Assembly (NCBI RefSeq): GCF_007279655.1
Contig: NZ_QKWN01000006.1
Span: 138,033 to 202,032, forward strand
DNA: 64,000 nt
Reading direction: 5' to 3'
Source of the DNA: Robertkochia solimangrovi
GTDB taxonomy: Bacteria; Bacteroidota; Bacteroidia; Flavobacteriales; Flavobacteriaceae
How positions within the stretch are numbered: the first letter of the stretch is position 1; each line of letters opens with the position of its first letter. Positions 49,406 through 60,288 of this stretch are shown piece after piece. The notes beneath the pieces are model-generated. The model had not been told where the DNA came from. It saw only the letters and a program-made list of their open reading frames with translations, and made no database searches. The position numbers and the translations under genes are program-made.

Positions 49406-50419
49406 CTACAATCTGATTCTGGAAATAACCGGATAATGGTCGGATAATTCTTCGTAACGATTTTTATGAGTAACCACATGCATGGAAGGATCTGCCAGAA
49501 TAAAATCGATACGCAAGGGATAATAAGGAAAATAGAAAGTTTTACCGGTACCGCTGCCCTTTTCGTCATAGGTGTCGATACAATCACCTTTGATCTGGTG
49601 ATAGATGGCTGAGAACTGATTATTATTCAGATCCCCACAGATGATCACACGGTACGGACAACTATTTCGATGGTTGATAAAGATATCGGTTTGCACCTGT
49701 TGTTTGGTAAACGCCTTCCCCATACGATTGACGATGCGGTTTGAATTCTCCTGACTGATCTCCTCACTTTCCGGATCAATATTGAAAGACTGCATATGCA
49801 AATTATAGATCCTTACCGTATCATGATCCATTAAGAGATCGGTGAAGATCGCATTGTTCCCTGAATCGGGAAAATCAAGCGAACCCTGATTGACGATCTT
49901 ATACCTGGAAAATATGGCCTGACCGGCATTTCCACCCTTCACTTTTACATAATGATAGGGGTAATTATTGAACTCCGGTTGTACATCATCGTAGAATTCC
50001 TGTAAACAAAGAATATCAGGATCTTCATCTCTTATTTCCTGAAGGATTCTTTTTTCAGTATCCTTTCCCTGGATCCAGTCATACCGATCGAACAGCCTTA
50101 CGTTATAGGTCATAAGCTTAACCCCTGAGGTCGTTACCACCTCATTCGTTCCTCCGAACTTATAAATGGAATTCACCTTGTTAAAGCCCAGCAATAGCAC
50201 GATAAAAGAAAGCAACCACTGCCTGCGCCATTGTAACAACCAGAAGATTATAAACAATATATTAACGATGACAAGCGGCGGAACGGACAGGCTGAAGATT
50301 CCGAATTTTGGAAATGAACTGATCGGAACATAAGGTACCGCAAAACTGATAAGCAATAACAAAGCGAACAACGTATTCAGGAAGAAGAGTCCCTTTTGCA
50401 ACCAGTTGAGTTTTTTCAT
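49406..50419 (-). CDS. endonuclease/exonuclease/phosphatase (EEP) family protein, membrane-anchored
   Basis: Start taken at MKKLNWLQ, just downstream of the preceding gene's stop. TM helices followed by an EEP domain (LCLQEF ... SDHYP). Confidence 0.7.
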   Translation of the reverse strand: MKKLNWLQKGLFFLNTLFALLLLISFAVPYVPISSFPKFGIFSLSVPPLVIVNILFIIFWLLQWRRQWLLSFIVLLLGFNKVNSIYKFGGTNEVVTTSGVKLMTYNVRLFDRYDWIQGKDTEKRILQEIRDEDPDILCLQEFYDDVQPEFNNYPYHYVKVKGGNAGQAIFSRYKIVNQGSLDFPDSGNNAIFTDLLMDHDTVRIYNLHMQSFNIDPESEEISQENSNRIVNRMGKAFTKQQVQTDIFINHRNSCPYRVIICGDLNNNQFSAIYHQIKGDCIDTYDEKGSGTGKTFYFPYYPLRIDFILADPSMHVVTHKNRYEELSDHYPVISRIRL

Positions 50420-50423
50420 ACAC

Positions 50424-51290
50424 CTATTCTTCTTTACCGGCTTTAAACAGAAAATCCTTCTCCTCTTTAGACAGACTTTCATATCCACTCTTACTGATCT
50501 TATCCAGGATTTCGTCTATCTGTTTCTGATATTCACGTTTATTAGGAGTAGCACTATAATGAGCATCCTTTTTCTTATGTACGGTTTTCAATGGGGACTT
50601 CTTTTTACGATCAAATAGAGATCCTAATCCAGTGACAGCTTTTTCAAAACCTGTACCGATATCGGTTCCTTCCATCAGACGTTTAGCATAGATAAACCCG
50701 AGTAGTTCCCCTCCGAGATGCGCGAGATGTCCGCCTGAATTCCCCATCGGTAGCTGGATCAGATCCGAAAGAACGACGAACACACCGATATACCAAAGTT
50801 TGATATTAAAGAAGAACACTCTCACTTCCTGATTCGGCATATAGGTACATATGAATACCAACACAGCCATCACCGCTGCAGAGGCTCCGATCAAAGAGGT
50901 TTGAATTCGGGAAAAGACAGGGAAAATATTATAACTAAGCAGAAATACAGCTCCTCCACAGATCGCGCCGAGAAAATATACATTCAAAAAAGTTTTACTG
51001 CTGAAAAGGTTGAGAAACATTCTTCCAGCATAATACAGGATGAGCATATTCATAAAGATATGCCAGAACCCTCCATGAAGAAAAGCATAGGAAATGATCG
51101 ACCAGGGTTGCACGATAAAATCCTGAACAGCTTTGGGTAATTCCAGCCATTTCATGATCGTATCCGGGCTCAATTGAAACAGGAACGTAACCAGTGAAAC
51201 CACAATGAAGATGGCCACATTGATCACGATGAGTTTTTCAGCTACGTTTAGAGTAGCGAATTTATATTTTAAATCCTTGGTTATACTCAT
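50424..51290 (-). CDS. rhomboid-family intramembrane serine protease
   Basis: 288 aa. GASAAVMAVL (catalytic Ser context) and the AHLGG (His) motif. Confidence 0.75.
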   Translation of the reverse strand: MSITKDLKYKFATLNVAEKLIVINVAIFIVVSLVTFLFQLSPDTIMKWLELPKAVQDFIVQPWSIISYAFLHGGFWHIFMNMLILYYAGRMFLNLFSSKTFLNVYFLGAICGGAVFLLSYNIFPVFSRIQTSLIGASAAVMAVLVFICTYMPNQEVRVFFFNIKLWYIGVFVVLSDLIQLPMGNSGGHLAHLGGELLGFIYAKRLMEGTDIGTGFEKAVTGLGSLFDRKKKSPLKTVHKKKDAHYSATPNKREYQKQIDEILDKISKSGYESLSKEEKDFLFKAGKEE

Positions 51291-52043
51291 TTAATCCCAG
51301 CGGTTGTTATTAAACTGATTCCTTTTCCAGTACCACATCATGATAAATCCAAATAAGGCGCCTCCAATGTGTGCGAAATGCGCGATCCCGGAACCGAATA
51401 TGGAAATCCCTGTAACTCCTGAAAACAAATCTAATGCAATTATTACCGGAATAAAAAATTTAGCTTTGATAGGTACGGGAAAAAATATCAACATCAACTC
51501 CGCATTCGGGAACATCATAGCAAACGCCACAAGTATCCCATATATTGCACCGGAAGCACCGACTGCCGGAATGGTATAGGCGCTGGCGAAATTCTGCATT
51601 ACAGACTCCGGGATCTCAGGGACATTGAGATACCTGCCGGCTGTTAACTTACTAAGTGCATCACCGATTTGATCAGGAGAATAACCCGCACTTAACAACG
51701 CATCATATCCGGCGTTAAAATGATAATAGTTCACCAATGTGTGTATCATTGCAGCTCCGAGTCCGGCAGAAAAATAAAAGAACAGAAACTTATTACGTCC
51801 CCACATCTGTTCCAGAGGAGAACCGAAAGCCCAAAGCGCATACATATTAAAAAAGATATGGAAAATAGACGTTTTATCATGCATAAACATGTGCGTCACG
51901 AATTGCCATAATCCAAAATGCGGATTCTTTGGAAACCATAGTGCCATGGAGTAAAAGAACTGATCGTTCAATACCAGTGCAGCGACATAAAAAAGGACGT
52001 TGATGATCAGCAGATGCTTGATCGCTTCGGTTAGTCTTCCCAT
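51291..52043 (-). CDS. rhomboid-family intramembrane serine protease (paralog)
   Basis: 250 aa with GASGAIYGILVAF and AHIGG motifs. Confidence 0.75.
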   Translation of the reverse strand: MGRLTEAIKHLLIINVLFYVAALVLNDQFFYSMALWFPKNPHFGLWQFVTHMFMHDKTSIFHIFFNMYALWAFGSPLEQMWGRNKFLFFYFSAGLGAAMIHTLVNYYHFNAGYDALLSAGYSPDQIGDALSKLTAGRYLNVPEIPESVMQNFASAYTIPAVGASGAIYGILVAFAMMFPNAELMLIFFPVPIKAKFFIPVIIALDLFSGVTGISIFGSGIAHFAHIGGALFGFIMMWYWKRNQFNNNRWD

Positions 52044-53879
52044 TTACAAAAATCTTTTATCTATTTCTTCGACCGTCATGGTTATATAAATCGGTTTATG
52101 AAAAGGTGATACTGAGGGATCTTTCGTGGCAAAAAGATTATTGACCAAGGCTTCCTGAGACGCCTTGTTCAACACCTCTCCGGTTCTCACCGCAAGAGTT
52201 TTACACATCGTTTTTGCAAGCATATCGGCCTGTGAAAAGTTGGAGTCAGGAATTTCATTCTGAAAATCAGAAAGCAATTGATCCAGCACAATAGCCACTT
52301 CACTTTCGCTGATATTGATCGGTATACCAATAATCACTACCGTATCTTTTTCAAAGGATTCAAAGACAAATCCGGTATTTTCGAGACTGTCTTTCATCTC
52401 GCTAAGCAATTGTATATCAACGCTTGAAAAATTCAGATTTAAAGGAAATAGCAATTGCTGACTAACCCCTTTCTGAACGGTAATATTCTTAAGATATTCC
52501 TCATACAACACCCGTTGATGAGCGCGTTGCTGATCGATGATCACCATTCCCGATTTGATGGTGGTGACGATATATTTTTTATGTAATTGATAGGTTGTGG
52601 CCTCGCTAACTTCATTTTCCTTCTCGAACAACGAACCTGTTACTTCTTCACTTTCAAGTTCAATGGCGCTGAAATCATTCGATTTCTCAAGCCCTACATA
52701 AAGCTGTTCCCAGCTTCCTGACGGTTTACGAGAAGAACGACTGAACGACATTTTTTCTTTAGCCGGTTCCTTTTCAAAAGGATTAAAATTCACATCGACC
52801 TCAATTGCCGGCATCGATGCAGACCTCCCTTCATAATTATAGGGAGTGTCGAGATTCGAATCCCTGTCGAAATCCAGGATCGGCGCAACATTAAACTGCC
52901 CGAGACTGTGTTTCACAGCAGAACGTAATATTGCATATAAAGTATGCTCATCATCAAACTTGATCTCGGTCTTGGTTGGATGAATATTGATATCGATACT
53001 TGACGGATCAACATCCAGAAAAAGAAAATAACTAGGATGAGTCTGATCTTTTATAAGTCCTTCGAATGCGCTGGTCACGGCATGATGAAGATAGGAATTC
53101 TTGATAAACCGGTCATTGACGAAGAAAAACTGCTCTCCTCTTGTCTTTTTTGCAAACTCTGGTTTACAGACAAACCCAGAGACCTTTACAACACCGGTCT
53201 CTTCCTCTACCGGAACGAGTTTCTCATTGGTTTTAGGACCAAATACATGAACGATACGCTGACGTATATTCGTTGCGGGAAGTTTAAATAATTCACTTCC
53301 GTTATTATAAAAATCAAAACCAACTCCTGGATGTGCCAGAGCCACCCGTTGAAACTCATCGATGATATGACGGAGTTCAACCTGGTTTGATTTCAGGAAA
53401 TTTCTCCTGGCGGGAATATTATAGAAAAGATTCTTTACAGCGATGGAAGTACCGCGCTGACAAGTCGTAACTTCCTGGCTTACGATCTTACCACCTTCCA
53501 TTCGTATTTCGGTTCCGATCTGATCCTCTTCATCACTGGTCACCATTTCCACATGTGCGATCGCACCAATGGAAGCCAGCGCCTCTCCTCTGAATCCTTT
53601 GGTATGTAATTGAAAAAGATCTTCAGCCATTTTGATCTTGGAGGTCGCATGACGGGAGAATGATAGCCGGGCATCTGTCGTACTCATACCTTTACCGTTA
53701 TCGACCACCTGAACCAGGGTTTTACCGGCATCCTTTACGATGAGCATGACCTCAGAAGATCCTGCATCGATGGCATTTTCAAGCAATTCCTTTACCACGG
53801 AGGCAGGCCTTTGAACCACCTCACCTGCAGCAATCTGGTTTGCAACATGATCAGGTAAAAGCTGTATAATGTCTGCCAT
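52044..53879 (-). CDS. mutL: DNA mismatch repair protein MutL
   Basis: 611 aa with a GHKL ATPase N-terminus (MADIIQLLPDHVANQIAAGEVVQRPASVVKELLENAIDAG). Confidence 0.9.
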   Translation of the reverse strand: MADIIQLLPDHVANQIAAGEVVQRPASVVKELLENAIDAGSSEVMLIVKDAGKTLVQVVDNGKGMSTTDARLSFSRHATSKIKMAEDLFQLHTKGFRGEALASIGAIAHVEMVTSDEEDQIGTEIRMEGGKIVSQEVTTCQRGTSIAVKNLFYNIPARRNFLKSNQVELRHIIDEFQRVALAHPGVGFDFYNNGSELFKLPATNIRQRIVHVFGPKTNEKLVPVEEETGVVKVSGFVCKPEFAKKTRGEQFFFVNDRFIKNSYLHHAVTSAFEGLIKDQTHPSYFLFLDVDPSSIDINIHPTKTEIKFDDEHTLYAILRSAVKHSLGQFNVAPILDFDRDSNLDTPYNYEGRSASMPAIEVDVNFNPFEKEPAKEKMSFSRSSRKPSGSWEQLYVGLEKSNDFSAIELESEEVTGSLFEKENEVSEATTYQLHKKYIVTTIKSGMVIIDQQRAHQRVLYEEYLKNITVQKGVSQQLLFPLNLNFSSVDIQLLSEMKDSLENTGFVFESFEKDTVVIIGIPINISESEVAIVLDQLLSDFQNEIPDSNFSQADMLAKTMCKTLAVRTGEVLNKASQEALVNNLFATKDPSVSPFHKPIYITMTVEEIDKRFL

Positions 53880-54172
53880 TAAAAGAGTTTATCGAGATTA
53901 ATATATTTGAGTGCCGCCAGAGCAAACATGAATAAAAAGGCAAGAATAACGTAAAAACGGACCCTGGAATTCTTGTCGACACCAGGCTTTCTCACGGTTT
54001 TCCAGTCTTCACGATAGCTTTTCTTCCGGTATCCTTTGAAATAATCTTCATCGGAATGCACCTCCTTATTGCGCTTGAGATTCTCCAGACGCTCTTTGCG
54101 CTCATCATAATACCGGGGCGTATAACCATACGCCTTAGGCTGCCTTTGTTTAAATAAAGTCGGAAGTTTCAT
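53879..54172 (-). CDS. small hypothetical protein with C-terminal TM helix
   Basis: 97 aa, basic. Sits between ribH and mutL on the same strand. Confidence 0.4.
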   Translation of the reverse strand: MKLPTLFKQRQPKAYGYTPRYYDERKERLENLKRNKEVHSDEDYFKGYRKKSYREDWKTVRKPGVDKNSRVRFYVILAFLFMFALAALKYINLDKLF

Positions 54173-54311
54173 AACCTCAAATTTACTTAAAATGGCAGAG
54201 AATAAAGGGCTACATCTCCTAAAAAATGTTAACAGTCTCTATTAACATCCGGATAGAACGCTATTCAGCATAAATGTAAGCAATTAGGAAAGAAATAAAG
54301 AAAATAACCGG

Positions 54312-54794
54312 TTAGCGATCCAGCGCAGCCATTTTTATGGCAGCGATCGCAGCCTCCGTTCCTTTATTACCATGAATACCACCACTACGAGCACGTGATT
54401 GATCGATCGTATTATCGGTAAGCACACAGAAGATCACGGGTACATTATGACGAACATTAAGGTCCATTATACCTTGAGCAGTTGCCTGGCAAACAAAATC
54501 AAAATGCTTGGTTTCCCCCTGGATTACGCTTCCGATCGCTATGATCGCATCAGGTTCATAATCATAGATAAGTTTCTTTGCACCGAAGGTTAGCTCAAAA
54601 CTACCCGGAACGTTAAGACGAATGATTTCACTTTCCTGAGCCCCACAATCGATGAGTGCATCATAGGCCCCTTTAAAGAGCGCTTCAGTGATCTCTTCAT
54701 TCCATTCAGAAACAACGATCCCAAACCGAAATTTACTCGCGTTTGGGATCGTGTTTTTATCGTAAGCTGATAAATTTTTATTTTCTGTAGCCAT
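54312..54794 (-). CDS. ribH: 6,7-dimethyl-8-ribityllumazine synthase
   Basis: 160 aa matching the lumazine synthase pattern (FRFGIVVSEWNEEIT...). Confidence 0.9.
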   Translation of the reverse strand: MATENKNLSAYDKNTIPNASKFRFGIVVSEWNEEITEALFKGAYDALIDCGAQESEIIRLNVPGSFELTFGAKKLIYDYEPDAIIAIGSVIQGETKHFDFVCQATAQGIMDLNVRHNVPVIFCVLTDNTIDQSRARSGGIHGNKGTEAAIAAIKMAALDR

Positions 54795-54796
54795 TA

Positions 54797-55585
54797 TCAG
54801 AGATTTTCGGCCTTACCAATATAGATATCGATAGTTCTACCCTCTTCAGAATTAGGGAAATCCGATTTAATTCTGTTGAAGTATTTTACAGCCTTAGCCT
54901 TATCTCCCATTTGCATCGCCAATGTACCTGCCTTAAACAGAAATTTAGGGGCTGTAAAACCGTTATCACTATGTTCGAAAGCTTTTTCATAATAAGAAAG
55001 CGCTTCACCATCCTGAGTCAATTGCACAAATGCATCACCGATTCCTCCTTTAGCAAGTGCTCCAAGGATCGGATCATCTGATTTAAACTCTTGCAGATGC
55101 TTGATCGCTTCATCATATTTCTGAAGATTCAAATAAGCCATACCTGAACTATACTGAGCCAGATTAGCTGCTTTTGTACCGCTGTAATTATCGATGATAT
55201 CCAGTAAACCATATTTTCCGTCAGCTCCGTTCAGTGCAAGTCCGTACAAAGAATCCTTCTGCGTACTGTTTACCGCTTCATTGAAATATTGCTGAGCGAA
55301 GAACATTTCGTTCGATGCTTCTGCTTCTTTAGGTTTTTGAATGAACTGCTCAAATCCGAGGTAACCCAAAACCACCAATACAATGATCCCGATTCCGCCA
55401 AGGATGAACTTTTGATTTTTAGATACCCACTCCTCTGTCTTGGTAGCGCTTTCATCCAGCGTACTGAATACCTCAGCCGTTGCACTATGCTCTTCCTGTA
55501 CCTTTACTTCTTCCTCTTTGGTCTGTGGTTTATAGCCTCTTTTCTTGTACGTTGCCATTACATCATATTTAGTTAAGCGTCGCAA
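54797..55585 (-). CDS. tetratricopeptide-repeat protein with N-terminal TM anchor
   Basis: 262 aa with a TM helix then TPR-like helices. Operonic with ribH. Confidence 0.6.
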   Translation of the reverse strand: MRRLTKYDVMATYKKRGYKPQTKEEEVKVQEEHSATAEVFSTLDESATKTEEWVSKNQKFILGGIGIIVLVVLGYLGFEQFIQKPKEAEASNEMFFAQQYFNEAVNSTQKDSLYGLALNGADGKYGLLDIIDNYSGTKAANLAQYSSGMAYLNLQKYDEAIKHLQEFKSDDPILGALAKGGIGDAFVQLTQDGEALSYYEKAFEHSDNGFTAPKFLFKAGTLAMQMGDKAKAVKYFNRIKSDFPNSEEGRTIDIYIGKAENL

Positions 55586-55691
55586 AAATAAAATTTTTAT
55601 TCAAATAGGAAAGGGATTTTATTTGATAATTTTCAATATTTTGCAGCCGTTCCCAAGGGGATTATCCCAGAATTTTTGAAGGCTGAGTTCC

Positions 55692-56783
55692 ATGGTTTTA
55701 AAGCAATTATCCTTAATTAATTATAAGAATTTCAAGACGGCAGACTTCGGGTTTGACGAGAAGATCAATTGTTTTGTGGGAAGTAACGGGATCGGAAAGA
55801 CCAATGCGCTGGATGCGATCTACCAACTGGCATTCGGGAAAAGCTACTTCAATCCCATCGCTTCTCAAAACATCCGACATGGTGAGGAATTCTATGTGGT
55901 TGATGGTGTATTCGAAAAACATGGCAAGGAAGAAAAGATCGTTTGCTCCCTGAAAAAGAACCAAAAGCGCGTCATCAAAAGAAACGGTAAGATATATGAT
56001 CGTCTTTCCGATCATATCGGACTCATACCGCTGGTGATCATTTCTCCCGCCGATCGTGATCTTATTATCGAAGGCAGTGAGACGCGCAGAAAGTTCATGG
56101 ATGGCGTGATCGCTCAGAGCAACAAATCCTATCTGCACAATTTACTCAATTACAACAAGGTTCTGTCACAACGGAATTCGCTTTTGAAATACTTCGCATT
56201 GAACAACACCTTCGACCCCGCCACACTGGAAGTCTATAATGAGCAATTAAATGAATACGGAAGTATGATCTATGAAGAGCGTAAAAAGTTCCTCGATATC
56301 TTCATTCCGATATTCAGAAAGCGGTATGTTTCCATTTCCGGGAAGGATGAACAGATCGGACTCGACTATGAAAGCCAGTTACATGAAAGTTCCCTTCTAG
56401 CCTTGCTACAGTTAAACCTCGGAAAGGATCGCGCTGTTCAGTATACAAGTCAGGGAATTCACAAAGATGATCTGAACTTTTCGATCGCAGGCCATCCCAT
56501 TAAAAAATTCGGCAGCCAGGGCCAACAAAAATCATTGCTCATCGCTCTAAAACTGGCTCAATTCGACTTTTTACGGGATCTGGCCGGAGATACACCCATT
56601 CTGTTACTCGATGACATCTTTGATAAACTGGATGAGAACAGGGTCGGTCAGATCGTCCAATTGGTGGATGATCAGCACTTCGGGCAGATATTTATCAGTG
56701 ACACACATCCGGAGCGTACAGAAAAAGTTGTTAAAGCAACACATCAGACGTATAAAATGATTAACTTAGAGTCAGACCTGTAA
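55692..56783 (+). CDS. recF: DNA replication and repair protein RecF
   Basis: 363 aa with Walker [10 protein letters not shown] and the RecF signature region. Confidence 0.9.
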   Translation: MVLKQLSLINYKNFKTADFGFDEKINCFVGSNGIGKTNALDAIYQLAFGKSYFNPIASQNIRHGEEFYVVDGVFEKHGKEEKIVCSLKKNQKRVIKRNGKIYDRLSDHIGLIPLVIISPADRDLIIEGSETRRKFMDGVIAQSNKSYLHNLLNYNKVLSQRNSLLKYFALNNTFDPATLEVYNEQLNEYGSMIYEERKKFLDIFIPIFRKRYVSISGKDEQIGLDYESQLHESSLLALLQLNLGKDRAVQYTSQGIHKDDLNFSIAGHPIKKFGSQGQQKSLLIALKLAQFDFLRDLAGDTPILLLDDIFDKLDENRVGQIVQLVDDQHFGQIFISDTHPERTEKVVKATHQTYKMINLESDL

Positions 56784-56786
56784 TCC

Positions 56787-57218
56787 ATGAAAAAAAATTT
56801 GCTTACCACCCAGATCTTGATACTGAGCTGCCTTTTTCTGAGCAGTTGCGGGGGTGATTTTCCCTCAGACACTTCTTTACTGCAAGGCTATTGGGAGATC
56901 GAATCAGTAGAATTTCCGGATGGAGGTCATAAAGATTATCAGATCAGTACCACGATCGATCAGTTTGTTTTTGAATCGGATTCAACGGGATACCGGCAAA
57001 AGGTACAACCCCGGCTTGACGGAACCTATACTGGCTCCGGTGATCACGAACAATTTACGATTCTAAAAAGAGACCGGCAGCTCATTCTCCATTTTACGGG
57101 CCTTATGAGCGAACATGAAGAGAAATTACTCAGCCTTAACAATGATCAATTGATCTTGTTGAATGAACAGAATAAAAAATATATCTATCAACGTTACGAA
57201 CCCATTGATATAAAATGA
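56787..57218 (+). CDS. hypothetical lipoprotein
   Basis: 143 aa with lipobox LSSCGG. Confidence 0.5.
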   Translation: MKKNLLTTQILILSCLFLSSCGGDFPSDTSLLQGYWEIESVEFPDGGHKDYQISTTIDQFVFESDSTGYRQKVQPRLDGTYTGSGDHEQFTILKRDRQLILHFTGLMSEHEEKLLSLNNDQLILLNEQNKKYIYQRYEPIDIK

Positions 57219-57517
57219 ACATGGCCAGAAGAAAGAACGAATACATATCTCTCAGTGATGCACTCAAAGAATTCGTGAGTGAGAATAAGCTGGAAAAGGG
57301 GCTCGACAAGATCGAAGTAAGAGAAGCCTGGACTAACCTGATGGGAAATGGTGTCAACAATTACACCCGTGATATAAAACTACATAATGAAACCCTTTAT
57401 GTAGATCTTTCTTCTTCTGTATTAAGAGAGGAATTATCGTATGGCAAAGCCAAGATCATCAGTATGATCAACGAAGAGCTGGGACGTGAACTGGTCCAAA
57501 AGATCGTTTTGAGATAA
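57215..57517 (+). CDS. DUF721-domain protein (recF-associated)
   Basis: 100 aa. Conserved recF-downstream small protein. Confidence 0.6.
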   Translation: MNMARRKNEYISLSDALKEFVSENKLEKGLDKIEVREAWTNLMGNGVNNYTRDIKLHNETLYVDLSSSVLREELSYGKAKIISMINEELGRELVQKIVLR

Positions 57518-57556
57518 AAAAAAATCCATTCCGAAGAACGAAATGGATTTTTTTAA
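57515..57556. terminator. bidirectional rho-independent terminator between DUF721 gene and ndk
   Basis: aaaaaaaaATCCATTccgaagaacgaAATGGATttttttt. Confidence 0.6.
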
Positions 57557-57573
57557 TTTTTATATAATCCCGA

Positions 57574-57993
57574 TTAGAAGATCTCTCTTCCGGAAAAATG
57601 GAAAGCTCCTTCAATAGCAGCGTTCTCATCACTGTCTGACCCGTGAACCGCATTTTCTCCGATTGAAGTCGCAAATAATTTTCTGATAGTCCCTTCCGCC
57701 GCTTCTGCAGGGTTGGTCGCTCCGATCAAAGTTCTGAAGTCTTCAACTGCATTATCCTTTTCCAGGATGGCTGCCACGATAGGACCTCTGCTCATAAAAG
57801 TTACAAGCTCATCAAAGAACGGACGCTCCTTATGGATCTCATAAAACAATTCCGCATCTCTTCTGCTTAATTGAGTGTACTTCATCGCCACGATACGGAA
57901 TCCGGCTGCTGTGATTTTTTCAAGGATAGCTCCGATGTGTCCGTTTTCAACAGCATCAGGCTTGATCATTGTAAAAGTTCTGTTTGTTGCCAT
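57574..57993 (-). CDS. ndk: nucleoside-diphosphate kinase
   Basis: 139 aa with NDK active-site His context (NAVHGSDS). Confidence 0.9.
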   Translation of the reverse strand: MATNRTFTMIKPDAVENGHIGAILEKITAAGFRIVAMKYTQLSRRDAELFYEIHKERPFFDELVTFMSRGPIVAAILEKDNAVEDFRTLIGATNPAEAAEGTIRKLFATSIGENAVHGSDSDENAAIEGAFHFSGREIF

Positions 57994-58037
57994 GTGTATT
58001 TTTAATTTCGCGGCAAAAATAAGGCTTTTAATTAGAA

Positions 58038-58152
58038 ATCTAAATTTAGAATGGAGAATTTAAAGTAAAACTAATATTAGTGATACTAGTAACAATAGTA
58101 TTATTAGTGACACTAGTGTCATCTGTGTCACCCGTATCATCAGTGTCACTAG
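58038..58152. repeat. inverted copy of the 25-bp motif followed by the 9-bp periodic GACACTAGT-family repeat ×9
   Basis: aaatttagaatggagaatt is the reverse complement, with 2 mismatches, of the 25-mer at 36731. It is followed by aatattagt gatactagt aacaatagt attattagt gacactagt gtcatctgt gtcacccgt atcatcagt gtcactagc. Confidence 0.75.
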
Positions 58153-58163
58153 CCAAGACTACA

Positions 58164-59198
58164 TCAATACGCTTGCTTGTATTCCTGATAAACCTGTTTG
58201 TTATTACCGATCATTTCCATGGTAGCGGTCTTTGATCTGAAATTCAGTTTTAGTAGTCCGAAGCTTTTATTCTTCACAACCCTTCCGATTCGATAAGGAT
58301 TCTCCTCTTCCTCGAATTCGGTATAGGTATGGGTTAGTCCGCTTGAAGTAAAATCGATCAGCGGGTAGTTCACACCTGGAATATTGATCTGCGAGAATTC
58401 AGATATATGACGGTCGCCTGACAAAAGGATCACTCCTTTAGCCTGACTTTCAGCGATCAGGTCAAAAAGTCGTTTCACCTCATTAGGAAAATTCCCCCAG
58501 GTTTCAAATCCATGTTTGTTTGACAGCACCTGAATACTGCTTACGATAATATTGAAATCAGCCTCAGAATCCTTCAGTTGTTCCGTGAACCAGAGCCATT
58601 GTTGTGCTCCGAGAATCGTACCCTCTGAATTATTGTTTGGAATATATTTTCTTCCACTCTCGCCAAGGTTCCGGGTAAGCGGGCTCCGGAAGTAACGTGT
58701 ATCGAGAACGATCACTTTAACAGTACCTTCAGCCGTCGGGTACACATAACTTTCATAGACACCTTCTCTGAATCTCCTGGGATGATTTTTCGGAACCTCC
58801 ATAAAATTCAGAAATAACTCCTGAGATTCTTTCTTCATCGGGTATTCTTCACCGGCATCATTCGCTCCATAGTCATGATCATCCCAGGTTCCGATAACCT
58901 CCACCTGCTTGGTAAGATCCCTGTAGCCATGCTGCCATCGTTGCTCTTCGTAGTCCTTTCGCATCTCACGAACATCATCCGTATCTGCATAGATATTGTC
59001 ACCTCCCCAGATCCAGATATTCGGATCAAAAGCGAGCACATCGTCCCAGAGATAGTTCTCTTCCGTCTGCCGGTTACAGGATCCGAATGCGATCACAAAA
59101 TCCCCATCACGTAATGGATAGCGGGCCTCAGAAGACTTCGAAGAACCACACCCCATCAACAAAAGCAATGGCAGTATCGTGTAGTAAATAGTACGCAT
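58164..59198 (-). CDS. PhoD-like metallophosphatase lipoprotein
   Basis: 344 aa with a lipobox (LLLMGCGSS) and GGDNIYAD, GTWDDHDYGAND motifs. Confidence 0.75.
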   Translation of the reverse strand: MRTIYYTILPLLLLMGCGSSKSSEARYPLRDGDFVIAFGSCNRQTEENYLWDDVLAFDPNIWIWGGDNIYADTDDVREMRKDYEEQRWQHGYRDLTKQVEVIGTWDDHDYGANDAGEEYPMKKESQELFLNFMEVPKNHPRRFREGVYESYVYPTAEGTVKVIVLDTRYFRSPLTRNLGESGRKYIPNNNSEGTILGAQQWLWFTEQLKDSEADFNIIVSSIQVLSNKHGFETWGNFPNEVKRLFDLIAESQAKGVILLSGDRHISEFSQINIPGVNYPLIDFTSSGLTHTYTEFEEEENPYRIGRVVKNKSFGLLKLNFRSKTATMEMIGNNKQVYQEYKQAY

Positions 59199-59273
59199 CA
59201 GTTTAATTTATGCTCTACAAATGTACTACTACTTTTTAAACTATTATATTATTAAATCGTATATTAGCACGCT

Positions 59274-60287
59274 ATGACAGAGCAAAAGACAGCAGCCTTA
59301 AAATCGTTACTGACAGACCCCAAAAATATCGTGATCATTCCGCATAAGAACCCGGATGGCGATGCTATCGGTGCCTGTCTGGCCATATTTCTTTACCTTA
59401 AGAAAAAGGGGCATAATGCAACAATTACTGCACCCAATGATTATCCGGATTTCCTTAAATGGATGCCGGGTACCGAAGAGGTGATCAACTATGAATCTCA
59501 ACGGGAAAGCTGCAGAAATGCCATAGATAAAGCCGATATTATTTTCACACTTGACTTTAATGATCTCAGCCGTATAGGAGACCTTCAGTTTGCGTTGGCA
59601 GACTTCAAAGGAAAATATATCATGATCGATCATCACCAACAGCCATCAGACTATGCCTGGTTACAGTATTCCGATGTCATGATGAGCAGCACTTGTGAAA
59701 TGGTCTGGCATTTTCTGGATACATTAGAAGAAACACACGCTGTGGATGCAGCTATTGCCAGCTGTTTATACGCCGGGATCATGACCGATACCGGATCTTT
59801 CAGATTCCCCTCCACCAGTAGCACAACGCATCGGGTGGTTGCTGAATTGATCGATAAAGGGGCCGATAACGCTGCGATACACAATGCAGTTTTTGATTCG
59901 AACTCACCGGATAAACTTCAACTCTTGGGTTGTGCCTTATCCAATCTGGAAACCCTGCCTGAATATCACACGGCCATTATCACACTGAATTCGGAGGAAT
60001 TGAACCGGCACAATTTCAAAAAAGGAGATACGGAAGGCTTTGTAAACTACGGGTTAAGTATGAAGGGAATCCGTTTCGCGGTGATCCTTATCGAAAGTGC
60101 CCAGGAACAGATCATAAAGATCTCCCTGCGCTCCAAGGGCGATTTCTCCGTAAATCAATTTGCCAGAGATCACTTTAATGGTGGCGGACATATCAATGCT
60201 GCCGGAGGTCGTAGTGAACTTTCTTTAGAAGAAACGAAGAAAAAATTCAAATCCCTATTACCTTTATACAAAGATCAATTGTCGTAG
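59274..60287 (+). CDS. nrnA: DHH-family bifunctional oligoribonuclease/pAp phosphatase NrnA
   Basis: 337 aa with DHH motifs (HKNPDGDAIGA, IDHH) and a DHHA1 C-terminus (GGGH). Confidence 0.8.
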   Translation: MTEQKTAALKSLLTDPKNIVIIPHKNPDGDAIGACLAIFLYLKKKGHNATITAPNDYPDFLKWMPGTEEVINYESQRESCRNAIDKADIIFTLDFNDLSRIGDLQFALADFKGKYIMIDHHQQPSDYAWLQYSDVMMSSTCEMVWHFLDTLEETHAVDAAIASCLYAGIMTDTGSFRFPSTSSTTHRVVAELIDKGADNAAIHNAVFDSNSPDKLQLLGCALSNLETLPEYHTAIITLNSEELNRHNFKKGDTEGFVNYGLSMKGIRFAVILIESAQEQIIKISLRSKGDFSVNQFARDHFNGGGHINAAGGRSELSLEETKKKFKSLLPLYKDQLS

Positions 60288-60288
60288 T

